Assembly (NCBI RefSeq): GCF_000020225.1 | Contig: NC_010655.1 | Coordinates: 390,001 to 422,000 of the forward strand | DNA length: 32,000 nucleotides | Origin: Akkermansia muciniphila ATCC BAA-835 | Lineage (GTDB): Bacteria > Verrucomicrobiota > Verrucomicrobiia > Verrucomicrobiales > Akkermansiaceae | Reading direction: 5' to 3' | Part shown: positions 17,251-25,973 of the stretch, one piece after another | Numbering within the stretch: the first letter of the stretch is position 1 | Layout: the number at the start of each line of letters is the position of its first letter | Notes under the pieces: model-generated | The model's database searches: none | The model's input: the letters and a program-made list of their open reading frames with translations, nothing else | Told to the model about the DNA's origin: nothing | Translations under genes and position numbers: made by a program

Positions 17251-19752
17251 TCAGAACAACTCCAGCTGAGCATATTCCCCGGCAGGCATATCGTCTTCCA
17301 TATCCGTATTCTTGGCTCTCGGTTCCGCCAGCCGGGAGCGCTCCTTCCTCCGGGGGCGCGTGGAATTCATCTCCAGATGGGACAGGATGGCCTTGGCGCG
17401 GTCCACAATGACGGCAGGCATGCCGGCCAGTCGGGCCACCTGGATGCCGTAGGACTTATCCGCCGCCCCCGGCACGATCTTGCGCAGAAACACGATTTCC
17501 TCCTTCCACTCGCGCACGGCCACATTGTAATTCTGCACGCCCTGCCTGGAATTGGCCAAATCCGTCAGCTCATGATAATGCGTGGCGAACAGGGTGCGGG
17601 ACTTCAACTCGTCATGCAGGTACTCCGCCACGGCCCAGGCAATGGAAAGCCCGTCAAAAGTGGCCGTGCCTCGCCCGATTTCATCCAGAATAATCAGGGA
17701 GCGCTCCGTGGCATTATTCAGAATCAGGGAGGTTTCGCTCATCTCCACCATAAAGGTGGACTGGCCGCGCGCCAGGTCGTCGCTGGCTCCCACGCGGCAG
17801 AAAATGCGGTCCACCAAACCGATATGGGCGGACTCCGCCGGCACATACGCTCCAATCTGGGCCATCAGCGTAATCAGGGCCACCTGGCGGATATAGGTGC
17901 TCTTGCCCGCCATATTGGGCCCGGTCAGCAGAATAAGGCGGTTTTCCTCCGGTTCCAGAAAAGCGTCATTGGGAACGAACACATCGCCGGAAACATTCTG
18001 CTCAATAACGGGATGACGGCCATTGACAATGCGCAGGGTCATGGAATTGTCCAGAACGGGGCGGCAATACCGGTACTGCTGGGCCCCCTCCGCCAGCCCC
18101 AGCAGCACGTCCAGGTCCGCCATGGCATCCGCCGTAATCTGGATATCGTCAATGTGGCGCCCCACTTCCTCGCGCAACAGGAGGAACTGCTCATACTCCA
18201 CCTGGCGGGAACGCTCGTCCGCCCCCAAGATGGTATTCTCCATCTGCTTGAGTTCCGGGGTAATAAAGCGCTCCGCATTCACCAGCGTCTGCTTGCGCTG
18301 GTAATCCGGGGGCACTTTATCGTAATGGCTCTTCGTTACTTCAATGTAATAGCCGAAGACGTTATTGAAGCGGATTTTCAGGGAATCAATTCCCGTGCGC
18401 TTGCGCTCCTTCTCCTGCAGCCGTGCCAGCCACTCCTTCCCGTCGCGGGAAGCCAGACGCAATTCATCCAGACCGGCATGGTACCCTTCCCTGATGATGC
18501 CTCCCTCCTTGATGGTCACGGGAGGTTCATCCACCAGAGCGCGCTGGAGCAAATCCACCAGCTCATCAAAGCAGCCCATGCGGGAACGGATGCTCTCCAG
18601 CATGTCCCCGCCGCCGGGCAGGGATTCCAGATCATCCCTGAGCGCGGGAATGCGCGCCAGGGAGGAAGCCAGCGCCTGGAGGTCGCGGGCATTCCCGGCG
18701 CCCTGGGAAATGCGCCCCGTCAGCCGCTCCATGTCCCGCACATTCTTCAGGCTCTCCCTCAGCTTGCTCATCAGGTAGGGTTCCTGAAGCAGAACGGCGA
18801 TCACCTCCTGCCTCGCCAGGAGCTTTTCCAGATCACACAGGGGGTGGAGCAGCCAGTCCCGGAGTTTGCGCGCGCCCATGGGGGTGCTCGTCCTGTCCAG
18901 GGTCCCCAGCAGGGAAAGCTTCACGCCGCCGCGGGAATCCACCAGGTCCAGATTCCTCTGGCTGGCCTGGTCAATCAGCACGGCGTTCTCCGTGGCGCGC
19001 ACGGAAATGCGGCGCAGGTGGTCCGTGGGGCGGCGGAGCTGGTAGCCCAGATAATGGAGCACCGCGCCGGACGCCCCCAGAGCGGCGGTCATCTCCCCGC
19101 AGCCGAAACCGTCCAGGGAATGCACCCGGAAATGGTTCAGCAAATTGGGAATGGCCGTGGAAGGCAGAAAAGTATATCCGTCGTAATAAAGCGTGGGGTG
19201 GGTTCCGGGGAAGCAGTCCGTCTGCTCGTCGCTGACCAGGAGTTCGGAGGGATTGATGCGGGACAGCTCGTCCAGAAGCAAATCCATGTGTTCGAACTGG
19301 GCCACGGAAAATTCCCCCGTGGTATGGTCCACGCATGCCAGGCCGAAGCGCTTCTTGTCCTTGTACAACGCCACAATGTAATTATGGCGGGAGGAATCCA
19401 GCAAATTCATATCCGCCAGGGTTCCGGCGGAAATCACGCGGGTCAGTTCCCGCTCCACCAGCTTGCCCGGCTGCGGAATGGTGGTCTGCTCCGCAATAGC
19501 CACCCGCTTTCCTCCCTTCACCAGCCGTCCGATATACCCTTCCGCGCTGTGGTGGGGCACCCCGCACATGGGAATACCGTGGCGCTTGGTCAGCGTCAGG
19601 CCCAAAATGGCGGAGGCCTCCTTGGCGTCCTCAAAAAACATTTCGTAAAAATCCCCCAGCCGGAAAAACAGCAGCACGTCTTCCGGCAAGCCCTTCTTCA
19701 TGCGAAGGTACTGATCCATCATCGGGGTTGAGGCAGGTCCGGAACTACTCAT
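17251..19752 (-). CDS. mutS: DNA mismatch repair protein MutS, 833 aa
   Basis: The N-terminal mismatch-binding region is TPMMDQYLRMK..FFRLGDFYEMFFEDA. Walker A is GPNMAGKSTY and the MutS signature is STFMVEMSET..DEIGRGT. The extreme C-terminus is QLELF, a beta-clamp-binding-like pentapeptide. Confidence 0.97.
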   Translation of the reverse strand: MSSSGPASTPMMDQYLRMKKGLPEDVLLFFRLGDFYEMFFEDAKEASAILGLTLTKRHGIPMCGVPHHSAEGYIGRLVKGGKRVAIAEQTTIPQPGKLVERELTRVISAGTLADMNLLDSSRHNYIVALYKDKKRFGLACVDHTTGEFSVAQFEHMDLLLDELSRINPSELLVSDEQTDCFPGTHPTLYYDGYTFLPSTAIPNLLNHFRVHSLDGFGCGEMTAALGASGAVLHYLGYQLRRPTDHLRRISVRATENAVLIDQASQRNLDLVDSRGGVKLSLLGTLDRTSTPMGARKLRDWLLHPLCDLEKLLARQEVIAVLLQEPYLMSKLRESLKNVRDMERLTGRISQGAGNARDLQALASSLARIPALRDDLESLPGGGDMLESIRSRMGCFDELVDLLQRALVDEPPVTIKEGGIIREGYHAGLDELRLASRDGKEWLARLQEKERKRTGIDSLKIRFNNVFGYYIEVTKSHYDKVPPDYQRKQTLVNAERFITPELKQMENTILGADERSRQVEYEQFLLLREEVGRHIDDIQITADAMADLDVLLGLAEGAQQYRYCRPVLDNSMTLRIVNGRHPVIEQNVSGDVFVPNDAFLEPEENRLILLTGPNMAGKSTYIRQVALITLMAQIGAYVPAESAHIGLVDRIFCRVGASDDLARGQSTFMVEMSETSLILNNATERSLIILDEIGRGTATFDGLSIAWAVAEYLHDELKSRTLFATHYHELTDLANSRQGVQNYNVAVREWKEEIVFLRKIVPGAADKSYGIQVARLAGMPAVIVDRAKAILSHLEMNSTRPRRKERSRLAEPRAKNTDMEDDMPAGEYAQLELF

Positions 19753-20010
19753 AAATAACGGTGAAAGAGTAATCCGATTGCGGCTTCAAGGCAAGGTTGG
19801 AATCTTGTTAGAACCGGGGCTCCACTCCCCTTTTCCAAGGAAAAGCCAGGGAAGAATCATCCAAAGCCCCGCAAAGAAAATGCGTTGCCTCTGCCATTAT
19901 CGCGTCTTTTCTCTTCCTCTCCGGAAACAGGCCCTCATGCGGAAGAACCCGGCCATGCAGACCGCCATCTTTTTGCGAAGCGCGGCAAACAACAGGCCAT
20001 TTATTCCAGA

Positions 20011-20046
20011 AAAGAAAAAACCGTGCCGCAACCGGATGCGGCACGG
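20011..20046 (-). terminator. Rho-independent terminator after rsfS (end of the ftsH-rsfS unit)
   Basis: A perfect 10-bp stem ccgtgccgca (20021-20030) pairs with tgcggcacgg (20037-20046) around the 6-nt loop accgga. On the minus strand it is followed by UUUUUUCUUU (aaagaaaaaa at 20011-20020 on the plus strand). It lies 22 nt downstream of the rsfS stop. Confidence 0.85.
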
Positions 20047-20067
20047 TGTGAAGTCAGATTGGAGGAA

Positions 20068-20418
20068 TTAATATTCCACCACGGGGGCATCCTTCCACAG
20101 GGTGTCCATTCCGTAGAATTCGCGCGTTTCCTGCCCCATGATGTGAACCATCACGTCAATGTAGTCCACTACGGACCACAATGCCACAGGCGTATCTTCC
20201 ACATAAGTGGGGAGGGCTCCCGCCTTTTCCCGGACGGCTTCTTCCAGCTCCCGGATGACGGCGCGCAGATGGGGGACGGACAACCCCGTGCACACTACCA
20301 TGAAATCCGTCAGGGAAGACATGCCCCGCAAGTCGTACACCCGCACATTTTCGGCCTTGGCGTCATCCGCGGCGCGGGCGCACATCCTGGCCAGTTCCAT
20401 CGCATCGTTGGCTACCAT
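20068..20418 (-). CDS. rsfS: Ribosome silencing factor RsfS (iojap-like), 116 aa
   Basis: The size and the motifs ..VYDLRGMSSLTDFMVVCTG.S..H..A and DYIDVMVHIM..E.REFY..LW are typical of RsfS. It starts 21 nt downstream of ftsH. Confidence 0.9.
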   Translation of the reverse strand: MVANDAMELARMCARAADDAKAENVRVYDLRGMSSLTDFMVVCTGLSVPHLRAVIRELEEAVREKAGALPTYVEDTPVALWSVVDYIDVMVHIMGQETREFYGMDTLWKDAPVVEY

Positions 20419-20439
20419 ATTCGATTCGTTTCTATTGAA

Positions 20440-22890
20440 TTATTTCTTTTCTCCGCCGTCCTTGCCGAACTCATCAACGGGATTGTAGGAGAAGGGGGCC
20501 CGTTCCGCCTGTTCCAGTTCCTCTTCCATCTTCCGTTCTTCAGCGCCGTCCGCGCGGGTCTCTTCAGCTTCTTTCTTCTCGTTATGGCCGGAATCATCCT
20601 TCCCGGGCTGTTCCTCCACTTCGGAAGGCATGGGGGGCGGAGTCACCCTGGCGGGAGGGTTTTTCATTTCCCCGTATTCCAGAATATCCATGACCTGGGA
20701 ACCTTCCAGCGTTTCAAACTCCATCAGGGCCTCCGTCAGAATGTCCAGCTTGTCCCGGTTTTCCGTCAGGATGGCCATGGCGCGTTCATAAGCGCTGTCC
20801 ACCAGGAAGCGGACTTCCGAGTCAATCAGCTCCGCCGTGGATTCGGAATAATTGCGGGAACGCGTCCCCAGGTCGCGGGCAATATAAACTTCTCCCTGGT
20901 GTTCTCCGTACTCAATCAGCCCCAGTTTTTCGCTCATGCCGAATTCGCACACCATGCGCCGCGCCAGGTTGGTGGCGCTCTTGATGTCTCCGGTAGCACC
21001 GCTGGTCACATCACCAAAAACGATTTGTTCGGCGCAGCGCCCGCCCATCGCCACGACGAGCTGGTCCAGCATTTCGGACCGGAGCTGGTGCATCTTGTCG
21101 TCGGAAGGAAGCCACATGGTCATGCCGAGGGCCCCGCCGCGGGGAACAATGGTCACCCGGTGCAGCGGCTCGCTGTGCGGTGTTTTCAACAGGCAGATGG
21201 CATGCCCCGCCTCATGCACGGCAGTAATGCGGCGCCCCCGTTCGTTAATCGCCAGGCTGCGGCGTTCACGCCCCCAGCTGACCTTGTCGCGGGCTTCTTC
21301 CAATTCGGCCTCCGTAATCTCCTTCAGCCCCTTGCGGGCGGCCAGCAGGGCGGCTTCATTGACCAGGTTGGCCAGCTGGGCACCGGAAAAGCCGGACGTG
21401 CCGCGGGCAATCCGCTCAAAGCTGACTCCGGGCGCCATCTTCACTTTTCTGGCATGCACCTGCAGGATCTGTTCGCGCCCCCGGACGTCCGGCAGGTTCA
21501 CCACCACCTGCCGGTCGAAGCGGCCGGGACGCAGCAGGGCCGGGTCCAGAATGTCCGCACGGTTGGTGGCGGCAATCACGATTACATTGGAGTTGTTTTC
21601 AAAACCGTCCATCTCCACCAGCAGGGCGTTCAGCGTTTGTTCCCGCTCGTCATTGCCGCCGCCCATGCCGTAACCGCGCTGGCGGCCCACGGCGTCAATT
21701 TCATCAATGAAAATCAGGCTGGGCGCCGTCCTTTTGGCCTGTTCAAACATATCGCGGACACGGCTTGCCCCCACCCCCACGAACATTTCCACAAAATCCG
21801 AGCCGCTGATGGAATAGAAGGAAGCGTTGGACTCCCCGGCAATGGCACGCGCCAGCAGAGTCTTGCCCGTACCGGGCGCCCCGACCATCAGCACGCCGCG
21901 GGGAATGGTGGCGCCCAGATCGCGGAATTTTTCCGGATTGCGCAGAAACTCCACCAGTTCCCACACTTCCTCCTTGGCTTCGCTGATACCGGCCACATCC
22001 TTGAACGTCACCTTGTTCTTGTCCGGGGAGATGAGGCGCGCCCGGCTTTTGCCGAAGCTCATGGCCCCCCGGGCCCCGCCGCTCTGCGCGCGGAACATGA
22101 AGAACAAAATCACCAGAATGAGCACGATGGGCAGCAGATTCAGCAGAATGCCGCCCCAGGAACCGGATTCACGCTTGAACTTCGTATCCGGCCCCAGCAG
22201 CTGCTTGACGCGGTCTCCCTGGAACTCCAGGGTAAAAGGCACTTCCACACGTTCAAAACGCTGTTTGTCCACGGAGGCGTCTCCCGTAGCCGCGGGCCAG
22301 ATGCGGGTGACAATCTGTCCGACCAGCACGTTCTGGTTGCCGTCTTCCGCCAGGATGATGCCGTCCTTTCCTCCGGCGATGCGGCCTTCCAGGGCCAGGC
22401 GGTTGAATTCTGGCACGGAAAGCTTCTGAGCTCCCTCAGGAATGAGGGAAACATTCTTTCCCTCTTCCGTCCGGTACGGGCTCTCCACCACCCTGTAGCC
22501 GGAAAGTTCATTCAGCAAAGGCTTGTCGCGGTCCGGAAGGGACATGGAATAAGTCAGCGCAAAGGGGGTCATTTCCACCTTCGGCTGAATTTCCTTCCTG
22601 TACACCAGCGCGTGAATAACGCCTTCGGAACCGTTCTCGCTCAGCACCACTTCCACGGGGGCCTTGGGGTCGTTCAGCACCACGCGCCCCGCCTTATACT
22701 GGGCTTCAAAGGATTCCAGATTTTCCTTGCGGGGGCCCAACCCGAAAGATTCAGGGGTGAAAAAGCCAAACGCAAGGACGCCTACAATGAGAAGTACCAT
22801 GACCCACACGCCCCAGTTGGGGGATTCGGGCCTGCCGGAGCCGGGAAATTTGGGAGGACGGGGAGGACTGGGTGGCATTCTGTCAGACAT
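20440..22890 (-). CDS. ftsH: ATP-dependent zinc metalloprotease FtsH, 816 aa
   Basis: There are two TM helices (~26-44 and ~245-266). The AAA module has Walker A GAPGTGKT, Walker [10 protein letters not shown] and an SRH ([18 protein letters not shown]). The zinc motif is HEAGHA. Confidence 0.97.
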   Translation of the reverse strand: MSDRMPPSPPRPPKFPGSGRPESPNWGVWVMVLLIVGVLAFGFFTPESFGLGPRKENLESFEAQYKAGRVVLNDPKAPVEVVLSENGSEGVIHALVYRKEIQPKVEMTPFALTYSMSLPDRDKPLLNELSGYRVVESPYRTEEGKNVSLIPEGAQKLSVPEFNRLALEGRIAGGKDGIILAEDGNQNVLVGQIVTRIWPAATGDASVDKQRFERVEVPFTLEFQGDRVKQLLGPDTKFKRESGSWGGILLNLLPIVLILVILFFMFRAQSGGARGAMSFGKSRARLISPDKNKVTFKDVAGISEAKEEVWELVEFLRNPEKFRDLGATIPRGVLMVGAPGTGKTLLARAIAGESNASFYSISGSDFVEMFVGVGASRVRDMFEQAKRTAPSLIFIDEIDAVGRQRGYGMGGGNDEREQTLNALLVEMDGFENNSNVIVIAATNRADILDPALLRPGRFDRQVVVNLPDVRGREQILQVHARKVKMAPGVSFERIARGTSGFSGAQLANLVNEAALLAARKGLKEITEAELEEARDKVSWGRERRSLAINERGRRITAVHEAGHAICLLKTPHSEPLHRVTIVPRGGALGMTMWLPSDDKMHQLRSEMLDQLVVAMGGRCAEQIVFGDVTSGATGDIKSATNLARRMVCEFGMSEKLGLIEYGEHQGEVYIARDLGTRSRNYSESTAELIDSEVRFLVDSAYERAMAILTENRDKLDILTEALMEFETLEGSQVMDILEYGEMKNPPARVTPPPMPSEVEEQPGKDDSGHNEKKEAEETRADGAEERKMEEELEQAERAPFSYNPVDEFGKDGGEKK

Positions 22891-23054
22891 AATGTGGTTA
22901 GCACACAGAAGTTAATGAATAGGGCGGCATGATACGCGAGTCCTTGTAAAATAAAACTTTTTTCCGAGACATGCCATACAGCCGCCGCAGAACGGGCCCG
23001 CACCGTTCCGGGCCGGGGCTCTTCCCGGCAATAAGGCCTTAACCGGCGCAGGCC

Positions 23055-23852
23055 TCATTCCCGCTTTCTTTTTCTGCGCCGCCCCTCATGGTTCGCGCTT
23101 TCTCCGTTCATGCGCTGCCGGAGACGCCGCTTCCACTGGGGCATCCTTTCTTCCGCCGGGGCCGCATGGGAACCGGCATCTTCCCGGCTCTTTTCCTGCC
23201 AGGCCCCCTCCTCCTGCGCGTTCAGCCGCTCCCGCCGCCTCTGCTCCTGGATTTCCGCCAATTTTCTGGCGCGGCGGATTTCCACCCGCTTGCTCACCTC
23301 CCCGTGGGCGGAGGTCACGCGCCAGGGGCCGATGCGGCGGGGATAGGTAATGGGTGCGCAAACCAGTTCCGCATCCAGAAAACGCATGGACCCCACCAGC
23401 AGGTTCTTGACATTCGCCAGCAGGCCGCCGTCCGTCCAGACGCCGCCCATGCCCATTTCCAGCAGAAAAGCCAGATGCAGCGTCTCCGCTCCCGAGGCCT
23501 GAATGGAAAAATCCCTCAGGGAAATGCCCTCCGCCGGCTCCTCGTCCGGAGCGGCCACGGAAGCGGCCCGGAGGAGGAACATCGTATCCCGAACCTTGCG
23601 GCTCAGGGCGCAGACCAGTTCCCCCACCTTGGGCCGAGCGTCAAAACGGTAATCCTTCACTTCCACCAGCCACAGATCCCGGCGTTCCGGATGATACAGC
23701 AGAAAATCCATTTCCTTGCATCCCCCGCAGAAATTCTGCGCCTGCCGGGCATAATAATCCGAACATTCAATGCGGCACACCACGTAGCCTTCATCGATCC
23801 AGAAACGGTGGACACCCTCCACGTAATAAGCTTTTGACGGCTTATGACTCAT
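23055..23852 (-). CDS. Hypothetical protein with a Cys4 cluster, a PD-(D/E)xK nuclease-like core and an Arg/Lys/Glu-rich C-terminal tail, 265 aa; candidate effector of a two-gene system
   Basis: The Cys cluster is C26-x3-C30-x11-C42-x2-C45. D49 sits in MDFLLY and E64-V-K66 in LWLVEVKD, the spacing and hydrophobic context of restriction-endonuclease-fold cores. The last ~80 aa are highly charged (..RRARKLAEIQEQRRRERL...KRRLRQR...GRRRKRKRE). The start lies inside the 3' end of the upstream ATPase gene. The ORF itself is solid; the functional call is inferred from motifs only. Confidence 0.6.
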   Translation of the reverse strand: MSHKPSKAYYVEGVHRFWIDEGYVVCRIECSDYYARQAQNFCGGCKEMDFLLYHPERRDLWLVEVKDYRFDARPKVGELVCALSRKVRDTMFLLRAASVAAPDEEPAEGISLRDFSIQASGAETLHLAFLLEMGMGGVWTDGGLLANVKNLLVGSMRFLDAELVCAPITYPRRIGPWRVTSAHGEVSKRVEIRRARKLAEIQEQRRRERLNAQEEGAWQEKSREDAGSHAAPAEERMPQWKRRLRQRMNGESANHEGRRRKRKRE

Positions 23853-24918
23853 AACTCAGCTTCAAATACCTGTCCGCCTGTTCGATTTCCGCTTCAAGAG
23901 ACTCGACAGGTCCCACGTCCTCCAGGGATTCCCCCCAGGACACCCTTACCCCGGAACGTTCCCCCCGCGGCACGCTCATCCCGAAAAACTTTCTCTGCAC
24001 CATGGCATTGCGGGGTTCGGAAAGCTGAATCATCAGCTCCCGCAGCAGGAACAGGCTGTGGGAGGACAAAATAACCTGCACCCCCGTCTTGGCAAGCCCC
24101 GTCAGGGTTTTCACCAGCACGGGCAGGTGGGAGGCGTTCAGATTCATTTCCGGTTCATCCCAAAACAGGACGGAACCTTTTTTCACGGAACCGTTCCGGA
24201 TCAGGTAGCTCAGCGTTCCCAGCCTTTTGAATCCTTCCGCCACCAGGCTCATTTCTATCGGCTGCTGTCCGGGACGCTGCAAAAAGAACCGCCCGTCACG
24301 CTTCACCACCTTCCCCCCGATGATTTTTTCCAGCCTGGCAACCACGCGCCCGGCATCCGTACTGATGGGCTCCGCTTCCGCCTCCATATCCAGATAACGG
24401 CAGAGGTCCCAACTGCCGCCGTCCAGAAATTCGGGGAATCTGCTTCCCACCTGCACAAAACTCGGATAAATGGTCAGCACCTCCCGCGCTGCCAGGAACA
24501 CCACCGGCACGTTCAGAAAACGCCGGGGCATTTCCCGGATGCTCAGCCCCTCCTCTTCATGCCCCGCCTGGAAATCAAACACCAGGTTCCCCATGCCCTC
24601 CGGCACGCCGTCCCCCTCCATGGAGGCCTCCACGCGCGCATGGGCGTTTCCCCGGTTCCGGGCCGTCAGCCCGGCCAGCCCGCGGGACGCGAACACCCGC
24701 ATCAGGTCTTTTCTGAGCCGCTGCTCCTCCGCCCATTTTTCCGGCAGGGATTTTCTCCCCCCGTCAGCGCTCCACTTGGCCACGGTATAGCATAATTTCA
24801 GCAAATGGCTTTTGCCGGAATCATTGCCTCCCACCACCACATTGATTCCCGGAACAAACTCAAAATGCTCTCTCCCGGGAAACACCGTCACGCCGCTCAC
24901 CAGTAGGTCATGTATCAT
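23842..24918 (-). CDS. Small ABC/SMC-like ATPase (AAA_15/AAA_21-class) with no fused effector domain, 358 aa; candidate sensor/motor of a two-gene system
   Basis: From the Met at 24918 the protein begins MIHDLLVSGVTVFPGREHFEFVPGINVVVGGNDSGKSHLLK, with Walker A at G30-S37. It has the signature-like SLVAEGFKRL (224-233), Walker B VLFWDEPE (250-257) and H-loop SSHS (285-288). The track ORF reaches 25272, but those extra 118 codons run across the menB start and look non-protein-like. Confidence 0.8.
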   Translation of the reverse strand: MIHDLLVSGVTVFPGREHFEFVPGINVVVGGNDSGKSHLLKLCYTVAKWSADGGRKSLPEKWAEEQRLRKDLMRVFASRGLAGLTARNRGNAHARVEASMEGDGVPEGMGNLVFDFQAGHEEEGLSIREMPRRFLNVPVVFLAAREVLTIYPSFVQVGSRFPEFLDGGSWDLCRYLDMEAEAEPISTDAGRVVARLEKIIGGKVVKRDGRFFLQRPGQQPIEMSLVAEGFKRLGTLSYLIRNGSVKKGSVLFWDEPEMNLNASHLPVLVKTLTGLAKTGVQVILSSHSLFLLRELMIQLSEPRNAMVQRKFFGMSVPRGERSGVRVSWGESLEDVGPVESLEAEIEQADRYLKLSYES

Positions 24919-25129
24919 ACCGTTCCCAATGTAGCACAGAAGCGCAGGCCGTAAATGACAAAAGCCGCCAGCTGCCGGCCACCGGGGAGCCTGCCGGAAA
25001 AACACCGGAAACAACGGGGAAAACGCATACGGCCGCAGCACCGCCCCATCCCCCGCAGGTTCCGGACATACCCGGAAGGCGGCGCATTTTAGGCTTCCCA
25101 TTGCCGGGCGCCTTATTAAAGTAATCCGT

Positions 25130-25954
25130 ATGAGCGCACAATGGATCACCGCCAAGGAATACACGGACATCAAGTATGAAACAACGGACAACGGCAGCAT
25201 CGCAAAAATCACGATCAACCGCCCCCACGTCCGCAATGCGTTCCGTCCCCTGACCGTGCATGAAATGCTCAACGCCCTGAACGCCGCTCATGAAGACCCC
25301 AAGGTGGGCGTGGTCATCCTGACCGGGGAAGGCCCGGACGCTTTCTGCTCCGGAGGCGACCAGAAAGTGCGCGGAAATGCCGGCTACATCGGTGAAGACG
25401 GCGTGCCGCGCCTGAACATTCTGGACGTGCAGCGCACCATCCGCACCATGCCCAAGCCCGTCGTCGCCATGGTGGCCGGATACGCCATCGGCGGAGGTCA
25501 CGTCCTCCACGTCGTCTGTGACCTCACCATTGCCGCGGACAACGCCAAATTCGGACAGACAGGGCCCAAAGTGGGCTCTTTTGACGGAGGCCTCGGCTCC
25601 TCCTACCTGGCGCGCATTGTGGGCCAGAAAAAAGCGCGGGAAATCTGGTACCTGTGCAGGCAGTACGATGCCCGGCAGGCGCTGGACATGGGCCTGGTCA
25701 ATACCGTGGTTCCCCTGGAGGACCTGGAGGAGGAAACGCTCTCCTGGTGCCGCCAGATGCTCCGCCACAGCCCTCTGGCCCTGCGCTGCCTGAAGGCATC
25801 CCTGAACGCCGACTGCGACGGGCAGATGGGCCTGCTGGACCTGGCCGGCAACGCCACCCTGCTCTATTATATGAGCGAGGAAGCGAAGGAAGGCAAAAAC
25901 GCCTTCGTTGAAAAACGCGCTCCGGATTTTTCCAAATTCCCCAGACTTCCGTAA
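25130..25954 (+). CDS. menB: 1,4-dihydroxy-2-naphthoyl-CoA synthase, 274 aa
   Basis: It has the crotonase fold with MenB-specific blocks: [58 protein letters not shown] and the C-terminal [10 protein letters not shown]. Confidence 0.95.
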   Translation: MSAQWITAKEYTDIKYETTDNGSIAKITINRPHVRNAFRPLTVHEMLNALNAAHEDPKVGVVILTGEGPDAFCSGGDQKVRGNAGYIGEDGVPRLNILDVQRTIRTMPKPVVAMVAGYAIGGGHVLHVVCDLTIAADNAKFGQTGPKVGSFDGGLGSSYLARIVGQKKAREIWYLCRQYDARQALDMGLVNTVVPLEDLEEETLSWCRQMLRHSPLALRCLKASLNADCDGQMGLLDLAGNATLLYYMSEEAKEGKNAFVEKRAPDFSKFPRLP

Positions 25955-25973
25955 CCTCCCCCTCCTCCGCACC

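Noticed and set aside
17143-19731. 862-aa plus-strand ORF covering almost all of mutS on the opposite strand
   Set aside because: The translation is low-complexity (Gly/His/Gln/Arg/Ala-rich) with no motifs. The minus strand encodes an unmistakable MutS. Long stop-free antisense frames are expected in GC-rich genes.
19885-22932. 1015-aa plus-strand ORF antisense to rsfS/ftsH
   Set aside because: Same reasoning. FtsH on the minus strand has all its canonical motifs, and the antisense product is repetitive His/Gly/Arg/Phe-rich sequence with no recognisable domain.
23046-24950. 9-bp direct repeat GCGCAGGCC flanking the ATPase/nuclease pair (23046-23054 and 24942-24950), a possible target-site duplication
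   Set aside because: It is only 9 bp and GC-rich in a GC-rich genome. My rough estimate is that a chance match between two ~200-bp flanks is not improbable. There are no terminal inverted repeats or mobility genes. It is worth rechecking only if comparative genomics shows the pair is an insertion.
24919-25272. 118-codon N-terminal extension of the ATPase ORF (track start at 25272)
   Set aside because: The extension overlaps the menB start (25130) on the other strand and is Cys/Arg/Pro-rich with no fold-like pattern. The Met at 24918 gives the canonical beta-strand plus Walker A N-terminus at the usual distance.
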